Below are positions 24,760-36,559 of a stretch of 64,000 nt of DNA, in pieces; position 1 is the stretch's first letter, and every line of letters begins with the position of its first letter. The position numbers and the translations under genes were made by a program. The notes under the pieces were generated by a model. That model was not told where the DNA came from and searched no databases. It saw only the letters and a list, made by a program, of their open reading frames with translations. Origin of the DNA: Squalus acanthias (Eukaryota); NCBI GenBank assembly GCA_030390025.1, contig CM059432.1:124622001-124686000 (forward strand), given 5' to 3'.

Positions 24760-25581
24760 GGGCTGGATTTTATCGCAGGAGGCGGGACTCCCACTTTTGG
24801 GGTTGTAGTCCCGCCTCCATCGAGTTGTGGCCAACCCACTCGATTTTCCCTTGATTGACCCTGTTCAGCCCGCTCAGCAGGCCAATTAAGGGCCACCCGG
24901 CAACAGGTGACGTCACAGATTGACATTTCATCTGTCAAGAGCTTTTGACAGATGAAATATCAGCGTTTGAGAGCTCCTTGAAGCTGTCAAACACTGACAA
25001 TCTGTCCTCTCAGTTAATTCCTTCCTCTCAGGCTGATTTAGAGATCTCTGCAGAACAAAAAGCAGAGGCTGCAGCTTTTGACAGCTCAATGGCCATTCTG
25101 CTTTCTGTGCCGGTGAGATTTCTGACTCCCGAGACCTGAAGGGCTGACACCTGCAGGAGGAAGTTAAGGTAAGTAAAACTTTTTTCCACACTTTACACTT
25201 ACCTTACACACTTACCTCTGCACACATGCACCCATCACTCACCTGCCCACCGGACATATCGACCCCTCCAACCCCTGCAGACCCACGGTCCGCCTCACTA
25301 AATCGGCGTGGTTCGGACCTGTCGGGAAGCCCACACTTCAGGGCTAAAAATAGCGATTAGGCAAAAAACTGCCTGTTAACTACATGTTAACAGGCAGTTC
25401 ATTGGCACTAATCCCCTTCCTGCCTCGGAGGCGGGTCCCAGCACAGGTCGGGTACCCGCCTCCTGTGAAACTGGCATGGAGGCGGGTTGGGGGCGAGATG
25501 TGTTCGGGACCCCCGAATCTGCTATTTTCCCACCCCACACGCCTCTAAACCCGCCTCCACGGGTCAATGAAAATTCTACCT
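24760..25581. mobile_element. 822-bp Harbinger-type MITE in the CR1 3' tail
   Basis: TIR GGGCTGGATTTT / AAAATTCTACCT, TSD TAT/TAT; right end (reverse complement) homologous to the left end of 6459-7159. Confidence 0.85.
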
Positions 25582-26379
25582 TATGACTCTAAACTCTTCT
25601 ACCCATATTCACATCAACCCTATTGACTTTGCCATCACACATGATCTCACTCCTCCAGCGTCTTGATCACAGTCAAGGCTATCCGAAAACCTCCTTGTAG
25701 CCCTCACCATCCACATCATCTTATCCCCTTCCAATCCCACTTCCTTCTGTATCTGCCCCTGGAATAAACTCTTCCCCAAGTCAGTTACAACTACACTTTC
25801 AAACTGCCAACTGTCGAGCCTTTGATAGATTATAATTGAAAATGGGGCGGTAGGCAAACAAAATCTTCAAACAAAAATGTCCCGACCACTGGCCACCCGA
25901 GGCTTCTCTTTTAGTTTAGTGGGGCGAGAAGGAGCCGAACTGTTCCTCCTAGCCATGACAAAAAATCTCCGGCCCACTGCAATCCAGTCCCTGTGCAGCA
26001 CCTCTCCCCACACCTCCCAGGTCCGTGCTGTCGCCAGCTTGGCGTTCGCAGCTCATCGACCGCATGCTAATGAGGCCCAGCCACCAACGTGTTTCGGCCC
26101 TCTCACTGCTGCTTGAGCAGGTGACGAGATCACAGTGCCCGCTGTCAGCCCGATGATCACAGTGAACCAAATCGGCCTGCAGAAGTCACACTTCAAAGTG
26201 TCACCCTTCGTTACAGATATAAGGCAATCTTAAAAAAAACAAGCCAGTCACTTAATGCCAGGCTTTTTGTCCTAGAGCCTGAAATTTACAAGGGCTTTCC
26301 AATCTGTCAAACCAAACAATAATCTAACTCTGATTTATCTGAGGCTCTGTTTACTTAACAGTCCGACATAGGAATTGCT

Positions 26380-27140
26380 AGACAAAATAATCCAAGGTCC
26401 ATCCAGTTTGCCTTCTACCATCCTGGTAGTCGCATGATACAACAATAATGGAGTTGTTGAATAATTATAACAATCAATCTCTATCAATTAGTCTACAACA
26501 GACCCAGACATGACGTGAAGAAAACCCCAGTGGTGGACAGCTTTGGAAACCATAGGTCCAAAGTAAACTGTTCCTTCTGAGCATGCTACACTCACCACAT
26601 GTCATGTCTCAAACTACTCATATACTGTATCCCAAAATGCTATTTTCTGAAAGAAATCTATCTCATTTGCATTTGAATGGATCAGTATTACCTGCTTCCA
26701 CCGTCGCCCTAGGGAGCCTGTTGTATAGATTGACCACTTGCTCACTGAAATATTGGCACTGATATTTACGAGGATGCGGGGAGGGAGCCGGGGAGCATGT
26801 TTGTTGGGAGGAAACCCAGAAATCCCGGGAACGCGGAGGTCCTGAGGAATTTAGCGGCCTGACCTCATTATCAATTTTTTTGTTCCGTTTCCCACCCAGA
26901 TTGACAGGCTGGCCGGCTGCCGAGCAGGAAAGCCTGCCGTAGATGGCTTCAGCCAGGGATCGTTGGGGACGACCTTCTCCCGGCTGTCATGGGGGATGTT
27001 CAAAATTCCCCCCATTGTTTCCGCAGATTAGTTTTGAATTTACCCTCTTCAAGCACAGGTCGTGTCCTCTGATTCTACTGTTCTGGACAAGGTGAAATAG
27101 CTTCACATGGTCTACATTATCTAATCCCTTTAGAATTAGC
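26380..27140 (-). mobile_element. Old CR1-like 3' fragment
   Basis: ggtccatccagtttgcc tail region; RGHDLCLKR-like C-terminal remnant on the minus strand. Confidence 0.5.
26755..27013. mobile_element. Short degenerate MITE
   Basis: TSD ATT/ATT; weak TIRs ggcactgatattt / aaaattcccccc; GC-rich insert within a LINE fragment. Confidence 0.5.
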
Positions 27141-27252
27141 AATTATATCCCCTCTCTAACTTTGTGGCTTAAAAGGGGGACTTTTACCAAATTGTGCATT
27201 AATCCTGTCCTTATAAAGCGGAGTTTCACTTGATTTACTGTCCAGAGTGCCT

Positions 27253-28732
27253 CGGGAGGTTCAGTTAGCAACAATACATTTAAAAAAAAAACCATTTCTG
27301 TGACATGGACTATGTATTTTTAAATCTGGTCTGTGCAGCTCTAAATTCACCCATGGTGAAAGATTGCAGTTAAGGAAGAAAATTGCAATTACCCAAAAGT
27401 TGATTAGATTCATTAATTAAAAAAGCTGTATAAATTGGCACATTTTAACACTGCATACAATGGCCCCAAAATTCCTTGCGTCATGATCTTGGCACAACCA
27501 CCAGAATCACAACCGATGGTGTCCTCCAGCACTGACCCTGCCAGAGTTTGTGGGGTTATTGGGAGCGCACTTTACCTGTTTTGGTCAAGCAGGCGCAATC
27601 GCCACATTGGACGCATTTTTCATACTCACCAGTCCATGCCTACCAGAACCTTTGTCCCCTACTCCTAGACACCCCAACCTGCTTCCTTAGGTGTGGTGCC
27701 TAGAACTGAACACAATACTCCAGGTGTGGTCTAACTAGAGCTTTAGCATAACTTCTACCTCCTTGTATTCTAGTCCTCTAGGTATAAAGCCCAGCATTCC
27801 ATTAGCCTTTTTGATTATTTTCTGTACCTGTCCATGACATTATAATGATCTATGTACCTGGACCCCTAAGTCTCTTTGGACCTCCACTGTTTCTAGCTTT
27901 TCACCATTTAGAAAGTACTCTGATCAATCCTTTTTAGGTCCAAAGTGGATGACCTTGCACTTGCGTACATTGAAATCCATTTGCCACAGTTTTGCCCATC
28001 CACTTAATCTATTAATATCTCTTTGTAATTTTATGCTTCCATCTACACGGCTTAAAATGCCACCTATCTTTGTGTCATTGGCAAACTTGGATATGTGGCT
28101 CTCTATCCCATCATCTAAGTCGTTAATAAATACAGTGAATAGTTGAGGCCATGACAAAGATCCCTGTGGGACAGCACTAGTCACATCCTGCCAATTAGAG
28201 TACCTGCCCATTATCCCTACTCTCTGTTTCCTGCCGCCCAGCCAATTTCCTAACCAGGTCAATAATTTGCTCTGAATTCCATGAGCTTCAACTTTAGCTA
28301 ACAGTCTCTTATGAGGGATTTTGTCAAATACCTTCAGGAAATCCATATAAATAACATCCACAGACATTCCCCCTGTCCACTACTTTAGTCACCTCTTCAA
28401 AAAATTCAATCAGGTTCATCAGGAGGTTTGTTAGCAACAATACATTTAAAATATTTTTTTTCTGTGACATGGACTATGTATTTTTAAATCTGGTCTGTGC
28501 AGCTCTAAATTCACCCATGGTGAAAGATTGCAGTTAAGGAAGAAAATTGCAATAACCCAAAAGTTGATTAGATTCATTAATTAAAAAAGCTGTATAAATT
28601 GGCAGATTTAACACTGCATACAATGGCCCCAAAATTCCTCGGGTCATGATCTTGGCACAACCACCAGAATCACAACTGATGGTGTCCTCCAGCACTGACC
28701 CTGCCAGAGTTTGTGGGGTTATTGGGAGTGCA
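27253..28732 (+). repeat. ~310-bp direct duplication (27253-27570 and 28421-28732)
   Basis: near-identical ttagcaacaatacattt...gtggggttattgggag; second copy lies inside a CR1. Confidence 0.92.
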
Positions 28733-31076
28733 TGCTGGCTCTCTCTGAGCAGCTGAAAATGTTCAAGGTATTCAGTCACTCTATCATTAATTATAGACTC
28801 TTATAATTTCCCAACAACAGATGTTAGGCTAACTGGTCTATAATTCCCTGATTTCCCTCTCTTACCTTTTTTTAAATAGTGGAGTGACATGTGCAATTTT
28901 CCAATTTAAAGGAACGGTTGCTGAATGAAGTGAACTTTGGAAGATTATAGTTAGGACATCTGCAATGTTCTCACCTACTTCCTTTAAAACGCTGAGATGG
29001 AAACCATCTGGTCCTGGGGATTTGTCACTCTTTAGTGTCATTATTTTCTTCATTACTGTTATTTTGCTTACGTTAATTTTGGTGAGTCTCCGTCCCTGAT
29101 TCAATATTAGTTTCCTTAGGATGTCCGGCATGCAATCCTGTTCCTCTACTGTAAATACTGATGCAAAGTAATTATTCAACATGTCCACCATTTCCTTATT
29201 TTCATGTACAATATCACCGTTATCAGTTTTCAAGGGGCCCACACTGCTCCTGACCACCCTCTTTTTTGTTGATTTTGATATCTCTTACAACTTTCATTTC
29301 ATGCTCTCTTTTTGTAGCTCTTGCTATATGTTTTATCACCTTTTGTTGTTCTTTGTATCTCTCCCAGTTACCAGGATCTGTGCTATTTTTTGCATTTTTG
29401 TATGCTTTTTCTTTTAGTTTTATGTTGTCCCTTACCTCATTTGACACCCATGGCTTTCTTTTTGGCAAGTAGAGGCCTTTCCCCTTAAGGATATAATCTG
29501 GTTCTGAATCACATTAAATTCTTTTTTGAACACCTCCCACTAATCTTATGTCCTTTTATCAATTAACAGATTTGCCAAGTTTACTGTGGCCAGTCTCTGT
29601 CTCATCCCATTGAAGTCAGCCTTACCTAAATCTAGAATCTTAGTAGCTGTCTCGCATTTCTCCCTTTCAAACACAACATTGAACTCGATCATATTATGAT
29701 CGCTATTAGATAAATGTTCACACATGGTTAGGCTGTTAAATAAATCTGGCTCATTACTCATTATTCAGTCTAATATGCCATGCTCCCTTGTTGGTTCTAG
29801 GACATATTGTTGCAGAAAACTATCCACACTCAAAAAATTCATTACCTTTCTGATATGAGCTAGTCTGCTTATCCCAATCTATATGAATGTTAAAATGACC
29901 CATTAAAACCACTCTGCCTTTACTACATGCTTGTCTCAGCTCTGCATTTATACATTCTGCCACTTCACAGCTGCTACCAGGGGGCCTATACACAACTCCC
30001 ATTACATAGAACATAGAACATAGAACATAGAACAATACAGCACAGTACAGGCCCTTCGGCCCTCGATGTTATGCCGAGCATTGTCCGAGACCAAGATCAA
30101 GCTATCACACTCCCTATCACTCTGGTGTGCTCCATGTGCTTATCCAATAACCGCTTGAAAGTTCCTAAAGTGTCCGACTCCACTATCACAGCAGGCAGTC
30201 CATTCCACACCCCAACCACTCTCTGAGTAAAGAATCTACCTCGGACATCCCTTCTATATCTCCCCCCATGCACCTTATAGTTATGCCCCCTTGTAACAGC
30301 TGCCTCTACCCGAGGAAATAGTCTCTGAACATCCACTCTATCTATCCCCCTCATCATCTTATAAACCTCTATTAAGTCGCCTCTCATCCTCCTCCGCTCT
30401 AAAGAGAAAAGCCCCAACTCCCTCAATCTTTCCTCATAAGACCTCCCCCCCAAACCAGGTAGCATCCTGGTAAATCTCCTTTGCACTCTTTCCAATGCTT
30501 CCATGTCCTTCCTATAGTGAGGTGACCAGAACTGCACACAATATTCCAAATGTGGTCTCACCAAGGTCCTGTACAGTTGCAGCATAACCTCACGGTTCTT
30601 AAACTCAAACCCTCTGTTAATAAACGCCAACACACCATAGGCCTTCTTTACTGCTCTATCCACTTGAGTGGCAACCTTCAGAGATCTGTGGATATGAACC
30701 CCCAGATCCCTCTGCTCCTCCACGTTCCTCAGAACCCTGCCGTTGACCCTGTAATCCTTATTCAAATTTGCCCTACCAAAATGAATCACCTCGCACTTAT
30801 CAGGGTTAAATTCCATCTGCCATTTTTCGGCCCAGCTCTGCATCCTATCAATGTCTCTTTGCAGCCTACAACTGCCCTCCACCTCATCCACTACTCCACC
30901 AATCTTGGTGTCATCAGCAAATTTACTGATCCACCCTTCAGTCCCCTCCTCCAAGTCATTGATAAAAATCACAAACAGCAGAGGACCCAGCACCGACCCC
31001 TGTGGCACACCGCTGGTAACTGGTCTCCAGTCCGAAAATGTTCCATCCACCACCACCCTCTGCCTTCTATGAGATA

Positions 31077-31998
31077 TGTACCATCAGAAGTACCATCGTT
31101 CGCAGCAAATTACCCAGCTTTCAGGATAACAGCGACCACGACACCACACAACCCTGCCATGGCAAACTCTGCAAGACATGCCAGATCATCAACACAGATA
31201 CCACCATCACACGTGAGGACACTACCCACCAGGTACATGGTACATACTCATGTGACTCGGCCAACGTTGTCTACCTCATACGTTGCAGGAAAGAATGCAC
31301 CGCGGCATGGTACATCGGCGAGACCATGCAGACACTGAGACAACGTATGAACGAGCACCGCGCAACAATCGCCAGGCAGGATTGTTACCTCCCAGTCGGG
31401 GAACACTTCAGCAGTCAAGGACATTCAGCCTCGGATCTGCGGGTAAGCGTTCTCCAAGGCAACCTTAGAAACACACGACAACGCAAAATCATCGAGCAGA
31501 AACTGATAGCCAAGTTCCGCACTCATGAAGACGGTCTCAATCGGGATCTTGGGTTTATGTCACGATACATGACGTGATCCGGACTCGAGTCGTCGTTAGC
31601 TTGTTCACAGATGTGATTCCCAGTAAAAAAGTAAAAATTTTCCCAGTAAAAAAGTAAATTTTTTTTTAAAGCTTTTCGTTTTACATACAGACGGCAGCTT
31701 TTGACACGTTGGAACCCCTGCGACTACACCTCATTGTCTCAGTTGTATCTTGCTATGTCTTTTGATGTGGTACCTTCCTGGCTGACTTAATTAACTTTAT
31801 CACACCTCGGCAGATAGTCAGGATGATTTAATTTATTGGTCTGCAATTGTAAAGTACACATGCTTTTTTTTCCATCTATATATGCTCTGGCGATTCTGTA
31901 TCCAATTTACTTCACCTGAGGAAGGAGCGATAGCTCCGAAAGCTTGTGATTTCAAATAAAACTGTTGGACTATAACCTGGTGTTGTGCGACCTCTCAA
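31077..31998 (+). mobile_element. 5'-truncated Penelope-like element (GIY-YIG endonuclease C-terminus + terminal repeat with hammerhead)
   Basis: CHGKLCKTC...NVVYLIRCRKEC...WYIGET...QRMNEHR...VGEHF...GLN; 12-bp TSD TTCTATGAGATA (31065-31076, 31999-32010). Confidence 0.92.
31911..31949 (+). ncRNA. Minimal type I hammerhead ribozyme
   Basis: TCAC-CTGAGGA-a-GGAGC gata GCTCC-GAAA-GCTT-GTGA. Confidence 0.8.
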
Positions 31999-33839
31999 TT
32001 CTATGAGATAGCCAGTTACTTATCCAATCGGCCAAATTTCCCTCTATCCCACAACTCCTTACTTTCTTCATGAGACGACCATGGGGAACCTTATCAAACG
32101 CCTTACTAAAATCCATGTATACGACATCAACCGCTCTACCTTCATCCACACACTTAGTTACCTCCTCAAAGAATTCAATCAATTACAGTCTTGAATTGTT
32201 TTCTATTTCTTAATTTTACCCATAAAGTCTCCACTGCCTGCTTACCTCTCATTATATCCTCTCATCATTGAAGTAATTTCACCCTTTAATCACTAAGGCT
32301 ACCCCCCCCACCCTACCAGTTTCCCTATCTTTCCTGTAGACCTTATAACCTGGTACATTCAGTTCTCAGTCCTGACCGTCTTGCAGCCATGTCTTAGTAA
32401 TGGCTACTATGTCATACCCTCTAAGTTGAATTTTCACCTGCAATTCATTCAATTTTTTCCTTATACTCCATGCATTTGTATAAAGAACTCTTATTTGGGC
32501 CACACACCCTAATCTGTTCTTCTGCTCTAATATTTTTCTCACTTATTTCTTAGTTTTCTCTCCTGATTTAATCACTTTACATCTTTTAGTTTTCTATTTA
32601 CCTGTAGTGCCTAAAGCACAATTTCTAAATATTACTCTACTTTCTTCCCTTTTGTTTGTTTTAGAATTATTATTAATACAACTTTTCCACCTGAGCCCTT
32701 CCCCCTATTTACTAGTTTAAAATCCTTGTGACCATCTTGTTTATTCTTTCCGCTAGGACCCTGGTCCCAGCTTGGTTCAGGTGGAGCCCGCCCTAATAGT
32801 ACAGTTCCTTCCTGTCCCAGTACTGGTGCCAGCGTCCCGTGAAATGGAACCCCTCTTTCCTACACCAGTCCTTCAGCCACGTGCTCACCTCTCTAATCTG
32901 TTTATCAGTACACCAATTTGCATGTGGCTCTGGTAATAATCCAGAGATTATAACCCTTGAGGTTCTGTTTTTTAATTTAGCTCCTAGCTCCTGCTACTCT
33001 CTGATCAGGACCTCTTGCCTACCCTTTCCTATGTTGTTGGTCCCAACATGGACCACAATGACTGGATGCTTGCCCTCCCTCTTCAATATCCTTACAAGCC
33101 AGTATGAGAAGTCCCTCACCCTGGCTCCAGGTAGGCAACATACCAAGTGGGACTCTCGATCCTGCTTCCAAAGGATGCTCTCCGTCCCCCTAATTATTGA
33201 ATACCCTACAACTACCACATTAAGCAAGTATGCATCACATTAACCTAACATCTGCAGTGCTTATGTTCAGTCAAAGGTCAGCCTCTACAGTTTATGCTAG
33301 TGGAAGAAAATATTCCAACAACATGTTGATGCAGCATCATGTAAAAGGGGTGCAAGTTTAATATCACCAGTTGGCCCCTCAGTACCTCACCAATTTCTAA
33401 TTTTAAAAAATCAGAGTGTAATTTAAGAGCAATTTATAGCATTAACATTCTTTAGTATTTCCCTCTTTTAATCCTACCCTCTTCTGCAGTCACTTACCTG
33501 CCCTTTACTATCCACTGTACAGCAGAATGACACGGTCCACTTCCCCAGCCTCCAAAAGAACTTACTGCAGTTTCCAGCTGTGAAGCTGTAGTTCCCAATT
33601 ACGTTCATTGGAGTTAGAGTGCCTAGTGTTCAAAAACTGTATCATAACTATGAGAAGCAATTCCCTTAAATAAAATGGCAACTGTGGAATAACTTCTAGG
33701 TTTTACAATAATACAAGTGATAGCTTAAAAACATTAATACAGTTTCCTAAAGAGTGATTCTAACATCATGCCCAGATGAAAGCAAACAAAAGCAAATGCA
33801 ATTGTACAATCAAACCTAATCTGTCAAATGTATAACTGT

Positions 33840-34013
33840 GGGGGTCAAATTCACCTATGTTAAGGATGAAAAACGGGCGGTCTCACGTCTGCCGCCCCGT
33901 CCGATATTCCGTTCCATTGACTTCAGTAGACCTGAATGTCGGGTGAGGCGTATAACTGGCGGCAGCTATGATACTGCCGGCATTGCGTCCCCACCCAAGT
34001 CGTATTTCACCCC
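33840..34013. mobile_element. Short palindromic MITE
   Basis: ggggtcaaatt...atttcacccc ends, central ccattgacttca; related half-copy at ~21252-21350. Confidence 0.6.
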
Positions 34014-35235
34014 GATGAGTATACAATGATAGACAGTTACAACAATTTCCATTGTATTCCTCATTGTCAGAATGTTAAAGGATCCAGGAAGCTTCAATTA
34101 GAAACAGATGTTTCAGTGTTTTAGCCTCTGGCCACCAGCCATATGGAACCTTGCAATGCTCAAAATAGCCTTATGCCAACAATTACAAACTAGGATTTCT
34201 TTTCTTTCTAAAAGTTAAAATAAACAAATAAATAGCTTCCCTCAGTTAAATCCCTTTTCTTAATAAATGTCTACTTTGCCAAGGTATGTTTAATAACAGA
34301 CTGCAAGGAAGTAGGAGACACCACAGAAAGAAATTTATATTCCCCAAAGCTGGATGTCCTTCTAGAATAATAATGTGACTTGGAGCTGTAACTTGGAACC
34401 ACAGCAAGATAGTTGCTTGATAATTATTTTATCAGATGACAAAAAGAGCTCAAGGGATTTTGTGCATTTGCGTGCACAACAAAAATATTGCAGATTAAAC
34501 AAGAGATATATATTTACAAATATAGTACCGTGAAATTCAGTGACCTGGGGCATTCATAATGAAGATTTACTGTCAGATAGAAAAAATTACTGTGATAGTA
34601 AAAGGATCCATTTGTTTGTGGGCAAGATTTTAGCTTTCGTACCTGGTGGTTTTAGTTCCAAAGGACCAAGAAATATATCTAAGGAGAATGAAGAATTATT
34701 TAATTTTTGAGCTATATCTACCCAGTACCTTACTAAAAAAATAATTTTGGTGTGGGTTGTGGGGCATATTTGAAATCTCTTTTTTTTCCATTTAGAATCT
34801 TTATTTAAAATAATAGCTTAAACTGTACAGAGGCAAGAAGGTTTATGATTCTAGGTGCCATTTTTTCATAAAAAGTACAGAGATGTGGGAGAATGAAGGC
34901 AGGAGAGCAAAAATCATGGGAGGAGGGGGAGAGATGAGGCTGAGCACAAGCAGCGACTCATGAGTTGGCGTGGGAGACAAATTTAAAGTTGTGGTGAGGG
35001 ACAAGGACATAGATCAGAGAGAGCAAGGTAAAGCTGCAAAAAACAACAGTTGCAAGGGGCAAAATCCGAAGTAAGATACAACTGGGAAAAATGGCACGGA
35101 TCCTTGAAGACTGGAGTGCTGAGCCACAGAGAAATGCAGAGAAGCCAGTGTTGTGTGGGAGCAGCTGAGAGAGAGGGAAGAGCCTTGAAAGCACCTGGAG
35201 AGGGAGAGCAGCCATTAAGAGAGAGAACCCTGAAA

Positions 35236-36559
35236 GGGTTTGGTAGCATAGTGGTTATGTTACTGGACTAGTAATCCAGAGGCCTGGACTAATGATGTGG
35301 GGACATGAGTTCAAATCCCAAATTCAGTTTAAAAAAATAAATCTGGAATAAAAAGCTAGTATCACTAACTAATGGTGACCATAAAACTATCGGATTGTCG
35401 TAAAAACCCATCTGGTTCACTAATGTCCTTTAGGGAAGGAAATCTGCCGTCCTTACCTGGTCTGACTTATATGTGACCCCAAACCCACAGCAACGTGTTT
35501 GACTCTTAACTGCCCTCTGAAAGGCCACTGCCCTAACAAGCCACTCAGTTGTAACAAACCGCTATGAAAAACAATAATAAGAATAAAACCAGACAGACCA
35601 CCTGGCATCGACCTAGGCACTGGCTTCGGACACGACAATGGCACACCCAGCCCAGTCAACCCTGCAAAAGTCCTCCTCACTAACATCTGGGGACTTGTGC
35701 CAAAATTGGGAGAGCTGTCCCACAGACTAGTCAAACAACAGCCTGACATAATCATACCTCTCAGCCAATGTCCCAGACTCCTCCATCACCATTCCTGGGT
35801 ATGTCCTGTCCCACCGGCAGGACAGACCCACCAGGGGTGGTGGCACAGTGGTATACAGCCAGGAGGGAGTGGCCCTGGGAGTCCTCAACATTGACTCCAG
35901 TACCCATGAAGTCTCATGGCTTCAGGTCAAGCATGGGCAAGGAAACCTCCTGCTGATTACCACCTACTGCCCTCCCTCAGCTGATGAATCAGTACTCCTC
36001 CATGTTGAACACCACCTGGAAGAAGCACTGACGCAAGGGCACAGAATGTACTCTGGGTAGGGGACTTCAATGTCCATCACCAAGAGTGGCTCGGTAGCAC
36101 CACTATTGGCTGAGTCCTAAAAGTCACAGCTACCAGGCTGGGCCTGCAGCAGGTGGTGAGAGAACCAACACAAGAGAAAAACCTACTTGACCTCGTCCCC
36201 ACCAACCTACCTGTTGCAGATGCATCTGTCCATGACAGCATTGGTAGCAGTGACCACCACACAGTCATTGTGGAGACGAAGTCCCGACTTCACACTGAGG
36301 ACACCCTCCATCGTGTTGTGTGGCACTACCACCGTGCTAAATGGGATAGATACAGAACAGATCTAGCAGCTCAAAACCTGGCATCCATGAGGCGCTGTGG
36401 GGCAGCAGCAGAATTGTATTCCACACAATCTGTAACCTCATGGCCCGGCATATCCCTCACTCTACCGTTACCATCAAGCTAAGGGATCAACCCTGGTTCA
36501 ATGAGGAGTGCAGGAGAGCATGCCAAGAACAGCACCAGGTGTAGCTAAAAATAAGGTGC
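35236..36559 (+). mobile_element. 5' part of single-ORF LINE with tRNA-derived head (APE endonuclease region)
   Basis: A box tagcatagtgg, B box gagttcaaatccc, ~300-bp body, then LLTNIWGLVPKLGEL...QPDI...GSSDHHTV; cut by the Gypsy LTR. Confidence 0.85.

Larger units (their letters stand above)
30007..32181 (-). mobile_element. Younger 5'-truncated CR1 nested in the older CR1
   Basis: open 319-aa RT C-terminus; (CTATGTT)n tail; TSD ATTACA at 30001 and 32182. Confidence 0.93.
27640..33227 (-). mobile_element. Older near full-length CR1 (ORF1 esterase at 32700-33227, ORF2 fragments), interrupted by a younger CR1
   Basis: VVVGYSIIRG...CCLPGARVRD...VHVGTNN; VVYRPP, SDHNMIEF, KSPGPDG, YMDFLKVFDKIPH. 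Confidence 0.88.

Noticed and set aside
31617..31660. Short tandem duplication ttcccagtaaaaaagtaaa
   Set aside because: Local slippage within the Penelope UTR; no spacer structure, so not CRISPR-like.
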